Shown here in pieces: positions 36,638 to 45,382 of a stretch of DNA of 64,000 bases. Each line of letters opens with the position of its first letter. Position 1 is the first letter of the stretch. Both the position numbers and the translations under genes were made by a program. Origin of the DNA: Verrucomicrobiia bacterium (lineage in GTDB: Bacteria; Verrucomicrobiota; Verrucomicrobiia; Limisphaerales; UBA1319); assembly GCA_963664225.1 (NCBI GenBank), contig OY760937.1:5408001-5472000 (forward strand), in the 5' to 3' direction. A model generated the notes under the pieces. It did no database searches. It saw nothing but the letters and a program-made list of their open reading frames with translations, and had not been told where the DNA came from.

Positions 36638-39637
36638 CTATTTGAGAAAAGGATCCGCAATCAAAGGCCCGATATTCGCGCCAGTCCAGGTGATGACAGC
36701 GCTCCGGGTAAAGTCTGAGATAACCGATTCGAGTAATTCCGAGGCCTTGGACCACGGCTGCCGATACACATATACGATGTCGCGGGGTTTGAGTTGGAAA
36801 TCGGGTTGTCTGGCATTGTAAATCTTGGAGGCGCTGACCACGAAGGTTTCCGGGTTCTTGAGCGAACCGCGGACAATCAATAGATTGCTCTTGTAGGCCC
36901 TTTCCGTAAAGCCACCGCGGGTAATGATCGCTTTCAGGGCGGTCATATCCGAGGAGTAGGGCGCCACACCGGGGGTTCGCACTTCTCCAAGGACATAGAC
37001 CTCCTGCAAATCCGCAGGAGGGAAGAACAGGTAATCGTCGGGGGCGATGGTTTGATTTTGATTCAAATCGCCCCTCAAAAACAAGGCTTCAAAGTCGATG
37101 TTGACCCTTTGAAACGCGCCATCCGGATTGCGGCGGATCATGAAGCTGCGGGAAAGGTCGGCCAATTGGACCGAGGTGCGTTGTTGGAGAACGCTAGTGA
37201 AGCCGCGGGCGCGGGCGATGGCTTCGACAATCGTTGTGGGGCGGTCGAGCGGAAACACGCCTTTCTGATTCACGTTGCCGAGGATGAAATATTTTTTGCT
37301 GTTGTAGGCGGTGGGTATGATGATGACCCGCACGGAACGATAGAATTTGGACAGGACTTTCTCGAGTTCCACACGCAATTCGTCCACGGTGAGACCCGCT
37401 GCCTGAACATCCTGCGCTTGTAGATAGGTCAGCCGCCCGTCGGGCCCGATAAAAACGCCCAGCTTGGCTGAGTCAGGTTGCTCATAGAGGGAAATGTTCA
37501 AGACATCCCCGGGACCGAGAGTGAGGTGTTTTTGCCAATCCGCCAATTTGTCGGGTCCGGCGGCTGAAAAAGAAATGGTGTTGGTGGGAGCTGTTTCGAC
37601 CGCTGCAACCGGTGCGTTATCCTGGGCGTGAATCCGCATTGGCGTCACCAGACACGCAAGGAGCATTGCGGCCATGCTGGCGGTCGCGCTGAAGCCTTTA
37701 CGCCAGGCAGGCGTTTTTGCATGGTTCAAAACACTACCCACCACGTTGCTGCGCGAAAGACGCAGGGTCTCCAGTTGGGCGCGGGTTTCATCGATGTTGG
37801 CCATATCTTGTCCACATAACCAGATCACCTGGGGCACTTTTTCGGCCAGGAGAACCGATTCGGCTCTGGACGCTGGCGGCAGCTCCACAAAGACGATCAG
37901 GTTTTCCGTTGCGTTCCATTGTTGAAGGGTCGTCCGCCATTGTTCACGACGCTCCAGATTCCATGCCCAGGCAGGCACAGGAATGCGAACCACGGATTTT
38001 TGAGTGGGAGTCATAAGAGCATTGTTGGCTTCAGAGGTGTTTTCCAGTGTGGCAATGGGGCTGTTTTCAACCGGCGCGGCCGGATCGGCATCGAAATCGG
38101 CGCCGTCGGATTGGGGGGCGGCGTCAACGGTGAGCACGCGGTAGCCTTGTTTTCGGGCCGCTTCGGCAAGGAGTTTGATCCAGGTGGAGCGGCCCTCTCC
38201 ATGCGATGAGGAAGTGAATCCGCATACGAGCGCTTCTTCAGTGGTTTTTTTCAAGGTCCCTTTCAGCATCGCAAGGGTTCTGAAGGCCCATTGTTCCCGG
38301 GCATCCTTATTCATTTCCCGCAAATCTCCCAAGGCCGCCAGCACGGGCAAAGGAATGGCCCGCATTAAATCGACTTTGGATCGTATCCGGCGGTCTTTCG
38401 TTTCGACCCAGAGGATCGACAGGATCGCCAAAAGCAGGCCAATCGCCGCCGCCAGCACACTTCCTATTATGGCAGGATTCAGTTTCTGAGACCAGTTTAA
38501 ATCTTCGATTTTGGCCGGTTCAAACAGCCTGTAATAACCCGAGATGGCGGTCTCGAGGAGCTGGATTTCCTGCTGGCGCGTGGAGAGTAAATCCCGATTG
38601 GCTATGAGGGATTGGTAGCGGGATTTTATTTTGGTGTATTCGAGACGCTTTTCGGGCAATCCAGCCAGTTCCTCGCGCAGTTGTTTGATTTCCGCGGTTG
38701 CTTTCTCAAGTTCCCGATTCAATCCGATTTTCTGGCTTCGAAGTTCCACCACGCGCATGTAAAGCGTCCCTGCCATGGTGTTGCTCCAATTCATGCTTCC
38801 AGAAGTGAATTGCGGACCCCGCTCGGCAATCTGACGCTGGATGGCTGTCACGGACGCCCGGAGTTCCTTGATCCTGGGGTGTTCCTCGGTGAACCGTAAA
38901 AGCGCGCTATCCAACGCCTCCTGCGCCGCGAGCAGGGCGGGGGATTGCCGCGTGATTTCCTGCATCAGGTTCGTGATTTGCAGGTCGGTGGTATCGATTT
39001 GAGAGCGGAGTTTATCTGTCTGCATCTCCAAATCGGCCCGATGTTGCAGTCGCGCGGGAGTCTCTTTTTCCAGGTCCACAAAACCAGTTTCTTTTTGATA
39101 CTGGGTCAGTTCCCGATCCGTTGCCGCGAGTTTGGAGTCCATGGCTGAAAGCCTTTGTTTGAGGGCAACGTTGAGGGACTGGACTTCGTTGGATTGAAGA
39201 TTCTGGGCGAGCCTGATCGCCTCGTTCGCGTAGGTGTTGGCCAGTTGGACGGTTTGATCGGGATTCTTTCCCTTCAGACTCAGGGCGATCAGCTCGGTAT
39301 TGGGGACTGCGGTGACCCGGGAGCACGCCTCGATTTCTTCGGGCGTGATCCGCATTCCCGCCTTCGCGGACACATCGCGCAGCAGTCCGGGCGACCTCAT
39401 CAGGTCAATGAGCGTGGGAACTGAGAACTCGCGTAATTTAAAGACTTCACCCTCGTAATTGTAGGTGGTAAAAGCCGGGGGAGCGTTGCGAACCAGTTTG
39501 ACGGTCGCAGTGTGATTGGCCAGGTCAAAACCAGCCACGAATCCGGCAAACGCGGCGAAGCCGGCGACAATAAGAAGCACATGCCATCGTTGCAGGAGGG
39601 CATCGACAAAACGTGCCAAATCCATGCGGTGTTTCAT
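36638..39637 (-). CDS. Wzc-like chain-length/pseudokinase protein fused to a Wza-like Poly_export/SLBB module
   Basis: TM, coiled coil (FTEEHPRIKEL), TM, Walker-A-like TSSSHGEGRST, GSVLN, then hydrophobic MAAMLLACLVTPMRIHA-QD, LGPGDVL..IGPDG, GNVNQKG, GEVRTPG, LKPRDIVYV; one uninterrupted 999-aa ORF. Confidence 0.82.
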   Translation of the reverse strand: MKHRMDLARFVDALLQRWHVLLIVAGFAAFAGFVAGFDLANHTATVKLVRNAPPAFTTYNYEGEVFKLREFSVPTLIDLMRSPGLLRDVSAKAGMRITPEEIEACSRVTAVPNTELIALSLKGKNPDQTVQLANTYANEAIRLAQNLQSNEVQSLNVALKQRLSAMDSKLAATDRELTQYQKETGFVDLEKETPARLQHRADLEMQTDKLRSQIDTTDLQITNLMQEITRQSPALLAAQEALDSALLRFTEEHPRIKELRASVTAIQRQIAERGPQFTSGSMNWSNTMAGTLYMRVVELRSQKIGLNRELEKATAEIKQLREELAGLPEKRLEYTKIKSRYQSLIANRDLLSTRQQEIQLLETAISGYYRLFEPAKIEDLNWSQKLNPAIIGSVLAAAIGLLLAILSILWVETKDRRIRSKVDLMRAIPLPVLAALGDLREMNKDAREQWAFRTLAMLKGTLKKTTEEALVCGFTSSSHGEGRSTWIKLLAEAARKQGYRVLTVDAAPQSDGADFDADPAAPVENSPIATLENTSEANNALMTPTQKSVVRIPVPAWAWNLERREQWRTTLQQWNATENLIVFVELPPASRAESVLLAEKVPQVIWLCGQDMANIDETRAQLETLRLSRSNVVGSVLNHAKTPAWRKGFSATASMAAMLLACLVTPMRIHAQDNAPVAAVETAPTNTISFSAAGPDKLADWQKHLTLGPGDVLNISLYEQPDSAKLGVFIGPDGRLTYLQAQDVQAAGLTVDELRVELEKVLSKFYRSVRVIIIPTAYNSKKYFILGNVNQKGVFPLDRPTTIVEAIARARGFTSVLQQRTSVQLADLSRSFMIRRNPDGAFQRVNIDFEALFLRGDLNQNQTIAPDDYLFFPPADLQEVYVLGEVRTPGVAPYSSDMTALKAIITRGGFTERAYKSNLLIVRGSLKNPETFVVSASKIYNARQPDFQLKPRDIVYVYRQPWSKASELLESVISDFTRSAVITWTGANIGPLIADPFLK

Positions 39638-39860
39638 CCGGTTGATGGAGTGCTTACGAGGTCATTCCCATGGTAATGCATTGAAACAGGCCCCTTCTGG
39701 TCGAGTTCCTTCTAATGGGATTTCTCGAATCCGATAACTCATTGCGATCGTTGGTGATGCAAATTATATTATATATCAATGCCACATCATTTCAATCTGT
39801 CAATTTTGAAATCAAATATTATTGCGAATACATGCTATTTCGAGATACGCACCAGATGGT

Positions 39861-39953
39861 TGGGGAACGGCAAAGCCAAACAAAGGTTGATCACGGGCGC
39901 CTTTCCGTTGGAAACCGAGAGGCCGATAGAAATCGGCCCTTCGGTACATCCCC
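39861..39953 (-). ncRNA. Candidate structured cis-regulatory RNA in the long leader of the wzc-wza-prsKR operon
   Basis: Hairpin ACCGA-GA-GGCCGAT-AGAA-ATCGGCC-CT-TCGGT (39914-39945), small TTTCC/GGAAA stem, closing GGGGA/TCCCC; GC-rich island in an AT-rich spacer. Confidence 0.35.
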
Positions 39954-40036
39954 GCAGGCAGGTTAGAAAAAACAACTTCAACTGGAATAGCAAGTCAAGT
40001 AATATATCAAAGACCCAGTTGGCCGTAATCAACATT

Positions 40037-40052
40037 AGCAATATGTGTGCCA
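40037..40052 (-). promoter_or_regulatory. Sigma-54 -24/-12 promoter of the wzc-wza-prsKR operon
   Basis: Minus strand TGGCACACATATTGCT is an exact TGGCAC-N5-TTGCW match. Confidence 0.85.
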
Positions 40053-40151
40053 TTACCAAAAAAAACGGTTAATAATAACGCAACATGTTAATGATTAGGC
40101 ACAAGAAACACAACCATAACGGTGTTAAGAATGCTCATGACAATATTATAA

Positions 40152-40168
40152 TGTAAAAAAAACTTACA
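40152..40168. promoter_or_regulatory. Putative PrsR enhancer box 1
   Basis: TGTAA-AAAAAAC-TTACA, 100 nt upstream of the sigma-54 site. Confidence 0.7.
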
Positions 40169-40265
40169 TCAATAGATTGGCAGGATTTCCGAAATCGGCT
40201 AAAAATATTACGTAAATAACTGGTTATGAATAGGATGTGACTAATTGATTCAGGAGTGGGTAGTT

Positions 40266-40282
40266 TGTAAAACATCCTTACA
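40266..40282. promoter_or_regulatory. Putative PrsR enhancer box 2
   Basis: TGTAA-AACATCC-TTACA, same 17-bp geometry as box 1. Confidence 0.7.
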
Positions 40283-40460
40283 CATTTACATTAACTGAAG
40301 TGCCCGTTTCATAATTGCGCGACCCCATTCTCATTGGAGTATTGCAACCATGATTTCTTCAAGGGATTCGTTCAAAATAACCAGTATTTACGGATTCCGT
40401 TTTCGATGGTAGTCTGAGTGCCGAATCCCAATATCAGCAAACACGCAATCGGCCAAACAT

Positions 40461-41429
40461 ATGAAGAGTCTTACGATGAATCGGCGTTCCTTTGTCTCGG
40501 CTGTGGCTGGACTGGGTGGCATGCTCGGACTGAGCGCCACCGATCTACCTGCCATTCAACAGCCTCAGGTGAAACGACGCATCAAGCTGGGAATCGCCAC
40601 CTATTCCTACTGGCATTTTCGAACGGACCGGGTTCCAATCGAGACTGTGATCGAGAAATCGGCCGATCTGGGAGTGGAGGGGGTGGATATTTTGCATCGG
40701 CAGATGGACATCCCGGAGAAAGCGCCGCTGGACGAAGCCGGACGGAGTTATTTGCGCAAGCTCAAGCGGCACGCTTTTCGGAACGGGGTTTCATTGGTTA
40801 ATTTTTCAATTCACCAGAACTTTGTTTCACCGGATGCATCAGTGCGCCAGGAGCACATCGATCACACCATCAAGTGCATTGAGATCGCGTATGAACTGGG
40901 GATACCGTGCATCCGTCTGAATTCAGGGCGGTGGAATACGATCAAGGATTTTGATGAATTGATGAAGAATCGGGGCGAGGAACCAATCATGGAAGGATAC
41001 AAGGAGGACGATGGTTTCAAGTGGTGCATTGAATGTACTGAGAAATGCCTGGCCAAGGCCGAACAATGCGGTGTGGTGCTTGCCTTGGAGAATCACTGGG
41101 GATTGTCGCGCACGCCTGCCGGGCAATTGCGCATTATCAACTCAATCAATTCGCCCTGGCTGGGGGCATTGATGGATACGGGTAATTTCCTGGAAAGCCC
41201 CTATGACAAGCTCGCGACTATCGCCCCCAAAACGGTCTATGTGCAGGCCAAAACCTATTACGGCGGCGGCGAATGGTACACGCTGGATCTGGATTACAAA
41301 CGCATTGCGCGCATTCTCGCCGATGCCAATTATACCGGTTTTGTCTCGCTTGAGTATGAGGGAAAAGAGGATCCGGACAAAGCAGTTCCCAAGAGTATCG
41401 CCCTATTGCGCAAGGCGTTTGGCGTGTGA
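40461..41429 (+). CDS. Tat-exported sugar phosphate isomerase/epimerase (xylose-isomerase-like TIM barrel)
   Basis: Twin-arginine NRRSFV signal; LALENH, LMDTGNF, VQAK, SLEYEG. Confidence 0.9.
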   Translation: MKSLTMNRRSFVSAVAGLGGMLGLSATDLPAIQQPQVKRRIKLGIATYSYWHFRTDRVPIETVIEKSADLGVEGVDILHRQMDIPEKAPLDEAGRSYLRKLKRHAFRNGVSLVNFSIHQNFVSPDASVRQEHIDHTIKCIEIAYELGIPCIRLNSGRWNTIKDFDELMKNRGEEPIMEGYKEDDGFKWCIECTEKCLAKAEQCGVVLALENHWGLSRTPAGQLRIINSINSPWLGALMDTGNFLESPYDKLATIAPKTVYVQAKTYYGGGEWYTLDLDYKRIARILADANYTGFVSLEYEGKEDPDKAVPKSIALLRKAFGV

Positions 41430-41456
41430 TTTGCGTGTGGAACGGGCTGACGATTT

Positions 41457-42425
41457 TCAAAGCCCGATCCAATACGTGCCCAGGCGGATCCAAAGGGGTG
41501 TGGTCACCAGGCTTGCGGCTGACGAGGTGATGACGATGCGCAAGGCGGTGGCGGTGTCGCCACCGTAATGTCGCGCCATGACGATTGGGAAGACTGCTGA
41601 TGGCATGGCTGCCTGAAGGAGGATCACACGCTTTAATTCAACCGATACGGGCAGGTAACGGGCCAGGGCGACAAATCCCGCGGGTAATACCACCAATCGA
41701 AGGAGGTTGGCGGTGCTGATCAGCCGCCAGGCGGATTTGGAATGAAATTCATGGAATTTATCGGCGATGGTGGCGCCGATGAGCAGGATTCCCAATGGGA
41801 TGGCGCATTGGCCGAGCATCTTAATTGCGGAGAAAGCGAAGCCAGGGACCCATTTTGCTCCACCCAACAGGTTGACGATCAGTCCAAGAATGATGGCCAC
41901 CAGGGGCGGATTGATGGCTTTGCGCCATTCTTTGCCCAAGGGCGCGCCTGTCAGGAGAAATAATCCAACGGTCCAAAGTGCGATTTCCACTCCGACGTTG
42001 TGGACGAAAAGCACGCCAAGAGTGTTGTCACCGTATAAGAGAATCGCCAGGGGTATTGGAACGTAACCATAGTTATAGATGCCGGTGCTGACGGCAAAGG
42101 TTCTTTGCTCGTGAACGGTGCGCAATCCGGTGAATCTGCGGCAAGTCCACGACAAAAGAAGACCTCCCGCAACCGTGCCAAAGCCGACCAGGGGCGCCGC
42201 CAATAGGTTGCCCATATCGTGCAGGGCGGTGTTGCCGAGAATGGTGGTCAGGATCAGGCACGGGGAAAACACGTTGATGACCAGCCGCAGCAGGCTGGCG
42301 TCGGCCTCTTCCGTAAGCCAATCCAGGCGGCGCAATGCGGCACCGGCTCCCACGACGCAAAAGACGGGAAGCACGGCACCAAGAACTACCCAGAATTCAT
42401 TCACAACCAATTCAATCCACTCCAT
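41457..42425 (-). CDS. AEC family transporter
   Basis: About 10 TM; PCLI, NYGYVPIPL, NPPLVA, AIPLGILLIGA, AAMPSAVFP, TTPLW. Confidence 0.9.
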   Translation of the reverse strand: MEWIELVVNEFWVVLGAVLPVFCVVGAGAALRRLDWLTEEADASLLRLVINVFSPCLILTTILGNTALHDMGNLLAAPLVGFGTVAGGLLLSWTCRRFTGLRTVHEQRTFAVSTGIYNYGYVPIPLAILLYGDNTLGVLFVHNVGVEIALWTVGLFLLTGAPLGKEWRKAINPPLVAIILGLIVNLLGGAKWVPGFAFSAIKMLGQCAIPLGILLIGATIADKFHEFHSKSAWRLISTANLLRLVVLPAGFVALARYLPVSVELKRVILLQAAMPSAVFPIVMARHYGGDTATALRIVITSSAASLVTTPLWIRLGTYWIGL

Positions 42426-42516
42426 GACATGGAATTTCCATGTCAGCGAGGGCAAAGTGGATGGAGGGCGCGATCCAGGCAAGATTATTCCCGACTGTTT
42501 TTGCTTTTAGAGTGGG

Positions 42517-43347
42517 ATGGGGATGATCAAGATGCAGCCCATGAAGCTATTCGATCTCACGGGAGAAGTGGCTGTGGTAATCGGCGCCACCGGGGTTTTG
42601 GGGGGCGCGATGGCCCAGGGGTTGGCCGAGGCGGGCGCGGCTGTTGCAGTTCTGGGGCGCAATGAGGTGCGAGGCCTGGAACGTGTCACCCATATCCAAA
42701 AACAGGGAGGCATCGCCGCTTTTTTTGTGGCGGACGCCATGCAGCGATCCAGTTTGAGCCAGGCCCATGACGCGCTCGAAAAAGCCCTGGGCGCGCCGAC
42801 GATTTTGGTTAATGCCGCAGGCGGCAATGATCCCAAGGTTACCGTAACCGTGGAGCGTTCCTTTGAGAGTATCGATCTTGAGGATTGGCGCGCCAATTTC
42901 GACTTGAACCTCGCAGGTGGAGTATTACTGCCATGCCAGGAATTTGGTCCGGGAATGCTCAAGCGGGCGCGGGGCAGTGTCATCAATATCGCAAGTGTCT
43001 CGGCGCACATTCCACTGTCGCGCGTGGTGGCCTATTCGGCGTCCAAGGCGGCGGTGTTGAGTCTGACGCGGTTTCTTGCGCGGGAATGGGCTCCCAAGGG
43101 AGTGCGGGTCAATTCGGTCACGCCCGGCTTTTTCCCGGCGGAGCAGAATCGCAAATTGTTGTTCAACGCGGATGGCTCGCCGACGGAGCGTTCGAAATCC
43201 ATCCTCGGGCATACGCCGATGGGGCGGTTCGGCTCCGCTGAGGAATTGATTGGGGCGGTGTTGTTTCTGGCAAGCCAGCGCGCCAGCAGCTTTGTCACAG
43301 GCACGGATATTTGTGTGGATGGCGGATTTCTGGCACAAACCATATAG
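42517..43347 (+). CDS. SDR oxidoreductase, D-mannonate oxidoreductase/gluconate 5-dehydrogenase-like
   Basis: GATGVLGG, LVNAAGGN, YSASK, VRVNSVTPGFFPAEQNRKLL, HTPMGRFG. Confidence 0.88.
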   Translation: MGMIKMQPMKLFDLTGEVAVVIGATGVLGGAMAQGLAEAGAAVAVLGRNEVRGLERVTHIQKQGGIAAFFVADAMQRSSLSQAHDALEKALGAPTILVNAAGGNDPKVTVTVERSFESIDLEDWRANFDLNLAGGVLLPCQEFGPGMLKRARGSVINIASVSAHIPLSRVVAYSASKAAVLSLTRFLAREWAPKGVRVNSVTPGFFPAEQNRKLLFNADGSPTERSKSILGHTPMGRFGSAEELIGAVLFLASQRASSFVTGTDICVDGGFLAQTI

Positions 43348-43354
43348 TAATCCC

Positions 43355-44647
43355 ATGAGTGGTGAATTAGACAAGCGACCGGTTATTGGCAGAGCGGCTC
43401 CTTCGGGCGAGGGTTTGACGGCGATGGATGTGGCGGAAGTTGTCGGCCAGGCCTGTCCGGCAAACCGTTATAGAGGTCAGAAAGTTCTGGTTATTATTCC
43501 AGATGGCACGCGGACCGCGCCCGTCGGCCTGATGTTTAAAACACTGCATCAGCAGATCGGTTTTGTTTCCAAGGCGTTCGATATCATGGTGGCGTTGGGA
43601 ACTCACCAGGCGATGACCGAGGAGGCGATTTGTCGGCGTTTGGAAATATCGAAGGAGGAAAGGCAATCGGTTTTCGGAAGGGTGCAATTTTTCAATCACC
43701 AGTGGGATCATCCGGAGGCACTGCGCCGCGTGGGAACCATTCCCGTCAGCGATATCCAGGAGTTGTCGGGCGGGTTGTTCTCGATGGAAGTGCCGGTGGA
43801 AATCAATACGCTACTCTTCGCGTATGACGAGGTGATTATTGTCGGGCCGGTATTTCCACACGAAGTCGTCGGGTTTTCCGGGGGCAACAAGTATCTCTTT
43901 CCCGGAGTGGCGGGACCAGGCATTTTGAATTTTTTTCATTGGCTCGGCGCTGTCGTCATGAACGTCAACATCATCGGGTACAAATGGACGCCGGTGCGCA
44001 AGGTGGTGGATCTAGCGGGCGCGATGGTTCCCATCCCGAAGCTCTGCTTTTGTCTTGTTGTGGAAGGGGAGACGTTGGCTGGATTGTATGCGGGAACGCC
44101 GGAACAGGCGTGGGACAAGGCCAGTGATTTGTCCAACGAGCGCCATATCATTTACAAAGATCGACCTTACCACACCATTTTGTCATGCGCTCCGGCCATG
44201 TATGACGAATTATGGACCGGCGGCAAGTGCATGTACAAGCTTGAACCGGTTCTGGCGGAGGGCGGGGAATTGATAATTTACGCGCCTCATATTTCTGAAA
44301 TCAGCGTGACGCACGGCAAATTGATCGAGGAAGTGGGATATCATTGCCGGGATTATTTTCTGAAGCAATGGGACCGTTTCAAAGATTATCCGTGGGGCGT
44401 TCTCGCGCACTCCACGCATGTGCGGGGCCAGGGCCGGTTTGAGGGTGGCGTGGAAATTCCGCGCGCCCGCGTGACGCTGGCAACAAAAATCAGCACGGAA
44501 ACCTGTCGGAAGATAAACCTGGGGTATCGCGATCCGGCGAGCATTCGTGTGGAGGAATATGCCAACCGGGAGTCGGAAGGGATTCTTCTGGTGCCAAAAG
44601 CGGGCGAAATGCTGTATCGGTTGCGCGGGCCTCAGAAGAACGGATAA
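43355..44647 (+). CDS. LarA-family nickel-pincer racemase/epimerase
   Basis: IIPDGTR, ALGTH, FPHEVVGFSGGNK, FFHW retain the LarA Asp/Arg/His/Lys/His positions; starts 7 nt after the SDR stop. Confidence 0.88.
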   Translation: MSGELDKRPVIGRAAPSGEGLTAMDVAEVVGQACPANRYRGQKVLVIIPDGTRTAPVGLMFKTLHQQIGFVSKAFDIMVALGTHQAMTEEAICRRLEISKEERQSVFGRVQFFNHQWDHPEALRRVGTIPVSDIQELSGGLFSMEVPVEINTLLFAYDEVIIVGPVFPHEVVGFSGGNKYLFPGVAGPGILNFFHWLGAVVMNVNIIGYKWTPVRKVVDLAGAMVPIPKLCFCLVVEGETLAGLYAGTPEQAWDKASDLSNERHIIYKDRPYHTILSCAPAMYDELWTGGKCMYKLEPVLAEGGELIIYAPHISEISVTHGKLIEEVGYHCRDYFLKQWDRFKDYPWGVLAHSTHVRGQGRFEGGVEIPRARVTLATKISTETCRKINLGYRDPASIRVEEYANRESEGILLVPKAGEMLYRLRGPQKNG

Positions 44648-44720
44648 GCCTGCGCAGTGATCAGCCGCGTCAATGGAGCAGATTGTAGAGACTCAAACGG
44701 AGTCGCCCACTGAATGTCCT

Positions 44721-45272
44721 CTATTTAACCAGGTTGAGTATTTGTTTGAATGCAGGCGAGTCGGCCCGTTGCAGGAGTTCAAACAAGACCATTTCAGTGG
44801 AGACAGGGACAGCTCCAGCCTGGCGCATTCTGTTGATTCCAATGAGGCAATTCTCAGAGGTGCGGGAGGATACGGCATCGGCCACCACAAAGAGGTTAAA
44901 ACCTTGCGCGATCAAATCCAGACAAGTCATGCAGATGCAGACATGACATTCGATGCCGCAGAGGATTACGTTTTCAATTCCATCGGTTCGCAGCGCTTCC
45001 AATAAACCCTGAGCCTGACAGGCGCTAAAGGCCATTTTTTCAATCGGCTTGAAATTGGGTATTGCGGAGGCGAGTTCGGGAATCGTTCCGCCGAGTCCCT
45101 TGCGATATTGCTCGGTAACCCATGCGGGCAGGCCAAGAACGTTTGCGCCTTTGACCAGGCGAATGGCGTTTAGGGCCACGCGCTCTTTTTCGTGGATCGT
45201 GGGAAGGAGACGTTCCTGGATATCGACGACGAGCAGACCCGTTTTTTCGATTGTCAGGCGGGGAGTATTCAT
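44721..45272 (-). CDS. Isochorismatase-family hydrolase
   Basis: LLVVDIQERL, TEQY, KMAFS, GIECHVC, VADAVSSR. Confidence 0.9.
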   Translation of the reverse strand: MNTPRLTIEKTGLLVVDIQERLLPTIHEKERVALNAIRLVKGANVLGLPAWVTEQYRKGLGGTIPELASAIPNFKPIEKMAFSACQAQGLLEALRTDGIENVILCGIECHVCICMTCLDLIAQGFNLFVVADAVSSRTSENCLIGINRMRQAGAVPVSTEMVLFELLQRADSPAFKQILNLVK

Positions 45273-45326
45273 GATGAAGGCTGGGGTGTTTGAGTGGGAT
45301 TTGGAATGCGTTGCGAAAAATTAGTT

Positions 45327-45367
45327 TAATAAAAACCCGTCCCCTCCGGATTGGTGGGGACGGGTTT
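45327..45367 (-). terminator. Rho-independent terminator after the GH78 gene
   Basis: Minus strand AAACCCGTCCCC-11 nt-GGGGACGGGTTTTTATTA. Confidence 0.75.
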
Positions 45368-45382
45368 GAATCTCATCGGACT

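Noticed and set aside
39861..39900. GGCAAAGCC resembling a c-di-GMP-I riboswitch
   Set aside because: Lacks the P2 GNRA hairpin and receptor layout, and lies on the strand opposite the predicted leader.
39715..40072. Small ORFs in the AT-rich spacer
   Set aside because: They overlap the sigma-54 site or structured leader and have no recognisable features.
39740..40400. AT-rich stretch as foreign DNA or a replication origin
   Set aside because: Explained as a divergent promoter/enhancer region; no DnaA-box cluster or mobility genes seen.
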